Source: Piedraia hortae CBS 480.64 (taxonomy: Eukaryota). From it: a stretch of 64,000 nt of DNA. The position numbers and the translations under genes were made by a program. The stretch covers positions 69,628 to 133,627 of the forward strand of contig MU005966.1 of the NCBI GenBank assembly GCA_010093745.1. The letters are read 5' to 3'. Positions 58,036 through 64,000 of this stretch are shown here, in pieces (the first letter of the stretch is position 1; every line of letters begins with the position of its first letter). The notes below the pieces were generated by a model, which saw only the letters and a list, made by a program, of their open reading frames with translations, had not been told where the DNA came from and searched no databases.

Positions 58036-58403
58036 TGCGACGAAATTGAGATTGTGGAGGTGAGGAATGAAGTCGCAGGCGCGGCGTCAGATTTTCCCAC
58101 AGTGGGGCAACCACGTGCATCGGACATTTTTGTCATCTCTGTTTCGCGGCAACTCTCCGCTGACCAGATCAGATAAATTAGCGCTTTTCGTGAATGCTAA
58201 AATGTTTCACAACATTCATGCCAGGAAGCATGTACGACAACAAACAACAATGCAGAACTAATCACGTCATTTCCCTTGCCCACCCGTTCGCTCGGAAGCC
58301 ACGTTTCGCATCAAGGGTCGGCCCGAGCCTCCTCCCTTAGCCTGCTCCCTAGCCTGCTCCCCCACCTTAGGCAGATCTTGAGTTCCACACTCGCACAAAC
58401 ATC

Positions 58404-59179
58404 ATGGTAGGTACCCGTCGCCCTGAAGAGATGGATAGCTGATAGTTACAGGCTACCGGACTACCCGCTGGTCAGTCAATGAGTAATATTTTCGTCTATC
58501 AACTAACCCCTTGTAGGATGGGAAGTTAGGCATTCGAACAGGCATGCCGCGCAAATCATTTATTCATAAACTGTCTAACCTTTCTCCAGCAAAAACCTTC
58601 CGTACTACTTCAACAACCAAACCAAGGAATCGCAATGGGAGCCCCCCGCCGACACCGATAGCGAGACGCTCAAGCACTACATGGGCCAGTATCATACCGC
58701 TAAGAGCGGTCCGACGTCTATTGCCCCTACTAATCTCGAGGGCAAAATTCGTTGTGCTCACCTGCTGGTCAAGCATAATGGCTCGCGTCGTCCATCCTCG
58801 TGGCGTCAGGCTAACATCACCCGTTCAAAAGATGAGGCCATGAACACGATCAAAAGCCACGAGAGCAAGATCAAATCGGGCGCTACCTCTCTGGGCGATC
58901 TCGCCGCGCTGGAAAGTGACTGTAGTTCTGCGCGTAAACGTGGCGATCTGTGAGTTTCAGCCATTGGAATAATGGAGGTAGCTGATTTTCATCCAGCGGC
59001 TTCTTCGGTAAAGGCGACATGCAAAAGGAGTTTGAGGATGTCGCTTTTACTCTCTCGCCTGGCGAGATCTCGGGAGTGGTTGAAACCGCGTCGGGGTTGC
59101 ATCTCATTGAACGGTTTGTATTCAATCATTGTCACCCTTGGTTCGGGATTTACTGACTTGTTGCTTCAGTCTTGAATGA
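58404..59179 (+). CDS. ESS1: Parvulin peptidyl-prolyl isomerase Ess1/Pin1 (WW + PPIase); five introns, one with a GC donor
   Basis: M|ATGLPA|GWEVRHSN|SKNLPYYFN..WEPP; IRCAHLLVKH..SRRPSSWR; ESDCSSARKRGDL|GFFGKGDMQKEFE..SGLHLIER|LE. Confidence 0.93.
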
Positions 59180-60372
59180 GTGTGCATAATGAGTGTGTGT
59201 CATTGGAGGCTCGTCCATATGATGTCCTTTGCTGCGTATATTCCGCCGGTATGATCGTTTCATGACCAGTGCATTCTATCTTCGTTTTCTTCTGCCATTG
59301 TCAAGTCCAGGTTCTACTTGGATAGTGCATTTCAAAGTTCTTTCAGATGGACATTCACTCGTCACTTGATAATCATGATGTTGAGTAGCTGCATTGAATA
59401 ACTGTCTATTTGGGAGGCAGATGTCGCGAATCTAAAGGAGTGGACATGAGAGCTCACAAAATCAGGTTTGACAGCTCTATGTCGGCTTCCTTTGAACAAA
59501 CATCTGCACTGTTTCGAAACATTTGCCTCTTTTACAAATTCGCAGTCGTTGACTCAAACGGCCGCGGAGTGCTTATCTTACTCACTAAGTGAAGTGCAGT
59601 TCGATCTTGTGGCGTTGGCTATTCTGATGCAAATTCTATCAATCATAATCCATTAAGTGCGCCTAGTCCAGTACGCAACTGGAACGTGAGGTTGCTCATC
59701 GTGTATTTGGAAGAAGCTGCAAGTAATTCTCAAATTGTTTTCCCAACGTCATATGAATATTTTAGAGGATTTGTTTTGCATCTTGTTCCGCTCAATTCGG
59801 AGGGAAGTATTCCTTCTCTTGATGAAGTTTACTTGAGGAAAAGAGTTCGTCTAGTCCGAACTTGTGGAGAACGTAGTAGGAGTATATTCCCGAATGCGTT
59901 CTCCGTAGGTTGTGAGTTTTGGTCATGGGCCTTGGTGGATGGATATATCGTTCTGCGGGTTGTGTGCGGGGTGATAAGGGAGGAAGTGGGCGAAGAGACA
60001 TCTTGGAAAGCTTTTGATATGGGTGGGAGGTGTTAGGCATGGCAAAATTGCGTGTGTACTGAAGTTTTGTCAATTCATGAAATTTGCGATTGTTGGTTTC
60101 TTCGGCTCGAGTTAGACATGGACAGACTGGAATTGGGATGTTTTCCTGTGCACGTCTGATCAGGAATGGGAGCGCTGTAATGAATAGAGTAGCCACGATG
60201 CGATGTGCTTTTGCATCTCCCTAAACGCCACTCTTAAATGTAGACGGCTGGTCATGAGGGTTTTGAGAAGCATTTGAAACACTATCATTCGAAGAGATGA
60301 CGCATCGTTGCTATGGAGCCCTCCGTAAAGTTGCTTCGAGGCACTAGAAGTATGCCACAGTGGTATTCTGCC

Positions 60373-60400
<28 letters not shown>
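60373..60400 (+). repeat. Poly(A) mononucleotide tract (~28 nt)
   Basis: Directly visible run of A. Confidence 0.9.
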
Positions 60401-60405
<5 letters not shown>

Positions 60406-60596
60406 AGCAGAGTTACACTGAAAATTTCCGATTTTGTGTTAAAACAATTGCATACTCCAATTTCACCTAAGGGCCAAGATGATGCTGCCGATAATCTATA
60501 TCTTGACTCAACATCCTTCCAGCGCCACGATAGCGACAATAAAACCCAAACGTAAGAGAAAAGCTACCAAATGACTGCCAACCGAGTCATACCGCC

Positions 60597-61455
60597 CTAA
60601 TCATGTTGAGTGCCATTGATTTGACCCTGGATATGCTCCACGTGGAGCTCAAAGTCATCACCAGCGCCGGGCTTGGGGGTGTAGACAACATCTCCGATTT
60701 CGGCTCCGCCGGGGATCCACAACTGCGTTCCATTGGTGGTGATGTAGTGCTCGTAGACATCACCGCGGGTTTCAAGAACTTCACGCTTGCTCAGACCATC
60801 CTTGGTATATTCGTTGCCATCTGGTTTTAGGCTGTTAGCTTTATGGAGAACTGGGAGGAGTTAACGTTACCGTTCGTGCAACTAGGCCTGGTTCCGCAAT
60901 ACTTTATGCCGCTATCATGAGCAAACGCCAACTTGAACCATCCGGGCTTGCCCTCAAGTCCCCTGTCCTTGTACAGGCCTTCAGAGTAATAAAAGTTTCT
61001 GAGGACGCTTCCCTGGACTGGTGTATATTGTTAGCAATCATTCCAAGCCACGTAGCTGGCTTGCTTGAATACTTACTGCTGTTCTGCACGGAAGGAACAC
61101 AGCGATTGATGGGCTTGGCAATCCCCGAGGTATCCGTGGAGGCAAATGGGAACTCATCGCATGAATATCCCTTCTTACCAAACTTGGCCGCGCTGCAGCG
61201 GTTCTTGCTGGAGCACCCGGACTTGGTCCTGCGTGCTTTCTTGACTCTGTTGGTTGGCTTATCGAAGAACATTTTAGCGCTAAAGCCCTTGCAGTTGATG
61301 CCGTAACACATGTTCTTGCATATTTCGTGCAGGTCGGACTTCTTATTGCCCTGGCAGGGGAAGTTGAGGATGGCTGCTTTCGGGGGCTTTGCTTTAAGCG
61401 TTGCGGCAGAACTTAGTATCGCCAAAGCGAATAGAAAGAAGATTGTCTTGAACAT
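60597..61455 (-). CDS. Secreted NucA/NucB-type deoxyribonuclease-like protein; introns 61018-61076 and 60821-60870
   Basis: Signal peptide MFKTIFFLFALAILSSA; ICKNMCY..C; RRTKSGC; YSCDEFPFAST; RCVP..QNSIQG after splicing. This pattern is typical of the DNase_NucA_NucB family. Confidence 0.82.
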
Positions 61456-64000
61456 GGTGAATGGAGTAGAAGTTACTGCTTGGCAGTGGCGAGAAGTGAA
61501 GTGCACGATGGTGATGAGAAGAGTATGGGAAACGCATGGGCAGCTTTATACCAGCTATCATTGCGTTGCTCTCCTTGCAGACAACAGCTTACTGCAGTTC
61601 CATCCAACCACTTGTCACAGGGCCCGCGATCCTGTAGTTGGTCGAGGCATACCAACATGATGACGACAACCATTAAGAGGCTATCCATTGTTGCTCGTGC
61701 CGTCTCATGACCTGAGTGGAAAACAGGCAGAATCCTCAGCTCAGCCTTATAGACGGTGCAACAAAGGAGCTACTTCTTAGCTGATGGCTTTTAGACAGCA
61801 AAGGCCCTGGTGTGGTAGAGGTCCCACGTACAGCAAAGAATTTGACAAAATGGCTCACCAAGCTTCCTGGCTGATCATTCTAGAATATGGAAGTGGACCA
61901 AGAAAACCCTAGCGAGATGTGTCTTGCTCTCTCTCTAAAAGCCCAACCCTCGAGCACGATCAAAGCAAAAGCCTGCAAGTAGGGCCTACGTATACACAGC
62001 CCTGAGCCTCGCGAATTACAGCAAAGGAATTTGGCACTACTACGTAGGATCCAAAGTAGCTACGCCATCCAACAGCATACGAAGTAATTGAGTTACACGA
62101 AACTGAGATAATGCGCCACAACAAGGCTGCGACGCCAACGCCAGCATGATTACACAAGACAGACTGGTGCGATCTAGGCGAACCATTTCGAGCGATTTCC
62201 GCATTTGACTTGCCCTTGTAGCCTGGTCAGTCCAATTACAGCATGCGTCCTTTTCTTAAACGAGTAAATGGTACATTACCCAACCAAGGACAATGTATTT
62301 GTAAGCACATTGCGCTACGCCTCGATCTTGTTTTTATATACACTCGACAGGGATACATGGTGCAATCACCAAGAGACGGCTTCGCTTTCGCCCTATCTCT
62401 TAAGAAAATCTATGCCACAAGATACCTTAAATCCCTGGAGCTAATTTAGAGACATTCTTGGTCAGTGGTTTGTGGTTACGGTCGGTTCATTACCAGAAAG
62501 AAAGTGAAAACTCTTACTGTGTGCCAAACAAGCCCCACTTACCGAAACAACCCAGATTTGCCAAGGTCCCGTGACAAGTATTGTGACCTCGTCCCGTGGA
62601 TACATATTTTTGAACGTTTTGGAGATATTGCTCCTGGTGACCATCGTTTGGCGTTGGTGCTTTTCCACCCACGACGTTGGCAGTGCCATTAGCCCGTGAT
62701 GCCACAGCATGCCAAGATTACTAATACTGTTGCTGAGGACCACAAGGTACTGAAGGCAAAGCGTCCAGTCCACTCTCCTGAACCTAGGCTGTGAATCTGC
62801 AAAGCAGTATTACTGTAGATATCTGTGTGAGGCTTCACACTCCCGTAGATCCCTCAAAGGGACAATGCGCGAACATATTGGTTGCGAAGGTAGTGTTCAA
62901 TCTGTGGGGCATTTTCGCATTTTGATGTGTGAAGGAAACCCCATCTTCTACCACTCGACTCAGTGCAAGCGCAATTAGAGCCCATGCATAAGCAGTTCCG
63001 AGTGCGATGTGTTCAGCGCGAGACATGGAGTAATTCAGTCCAGCATGAAACAGAATACACTTTCATCCGAATTCTTCCAGATTGATAGGATTGTGGCTAA
63101 GCCCGTTCTATTAAGGCAAATTCCCGCTTTACGGATCTAGATCGGAAATAGCCAGAGGGTCGGGTCTAAGTTGTGATCAACCGGCTCTTGCAAAGACCAT
63201 TTCCGAGTAAGTTTCGGTGCTAATGAAGGTTAAATTTAGATGAGTTGTTCTGCTGCCCTTGCCCGAGACGTCGAACCCGTTGAACCAATGTGGCGTGAAC
63301 CTTGGTCGGGTGAAGACACGTTGAACGCATGGGGAAACAGTTAAAACGAGCGGCGGATTACCAGATCCGGGCCCGATAATGGAAACGGCTCAGTTTATCT
63401 GGCCACGCGGTCGCGAAATTGCAAAACGTTATGGACGCAGGGCGCCACACAAGCCATACCGCCAACCAGGAGTCGTGGTAAGAGCAGCGGGTGGATGGAA
63501 GCAGAGTGCGGAGCAGACAGGGAACTCTTTTCAAGCAACTTCCTTGTTCGCTCTCGGAGTAGAAGCACAGCGTTGGGTGCACTGCCCGCACACATCCATG
63601 GCAATGGAGGCGGAGATCTGCGAACGGCATTTGCATCCCAAAAAGCATCGCATGAGAGACCGCCTACCGGGCAACGAGTTGGAGAAATGCAATATTCGTG
63701 CAGGGTGCCTCCAGCTTAGCGACTGAACACGGCATAGGCCTGAATGCCCGGAACCGAAACCAACGAAGCCGGGCCAGCGGATATTTTAATTTGCAAGCTG
63801 GCTGGCACGACGTTGCACAACGCGGGCCACGAGGGCGTGGCCCACCATACACCGGCAGGCACAGCGGATATGGTCAGTCCCTTGACGCTCGAAGCTTTGC
63901 GCACGGAAATACCCTGTTCCGTCGGAGAAGGAGTCAAACCTGGGTGAGATCTACCGGAACGCGAACTAAAAAACAAACATGAACGAGCGCGTGGCGGAAA

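Noticed and set aside
59400..60250. Short ORFs in a gene-poor stretch
   Set aside because: Could be a decayed gene, but I recognise no family.
61700..64000. Short ORFs at the window end
   Set aside because: Stop-interrupted with no recognisable homology; cannot support a call.

Overview
Gene-dense, small-intron window from a filamentous ascomycete (Pezizomycotina; a compact Dothideomycete-like genome is an inference). Most predicted introns are 41-50 nt, with GTRNGT-like donors, CTRAC-like branch points and YAG acceptors. About 26 intact genes are recognisable. Housekeeping genes: PUS1, TFA1, mito L12, midasin MDN1, ETF-beta, an RRM protein, TAH18, URA7, an Acinus-like SAP protein, GCS1, ISY1, ATG33, SPS19, a RING/ZZ/SH3 protein, RMD1, IAH1, a HAD hydrolase, MRH4, BUD4, mito L14, SET9, RPB9 and ESS1. 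Four gene-poor accessory islands interrupt them: (1) 16.3-21.7 kb holds decayed, partly duplicated P-type H+-ATPase fragments and a ~137-bp direct repeat; (2) 39-42 kb holds a tandem pair of secreted Cys-rich proteins with a basic domain, a KR site and an acidic tail; (3) 53.6-54.25 kb is a degenerate ~137-bp tandem array; (4) 60.6-61.5 kb encodes a secreted NucA/NucB-type nuclease with the same basic-KR-acidic layout. RPB9 intron 2 is unusually long and, if retained, encodes an alternative C4 zinc motif. All calls come from manual reading and motif recognition; no database searches were run.
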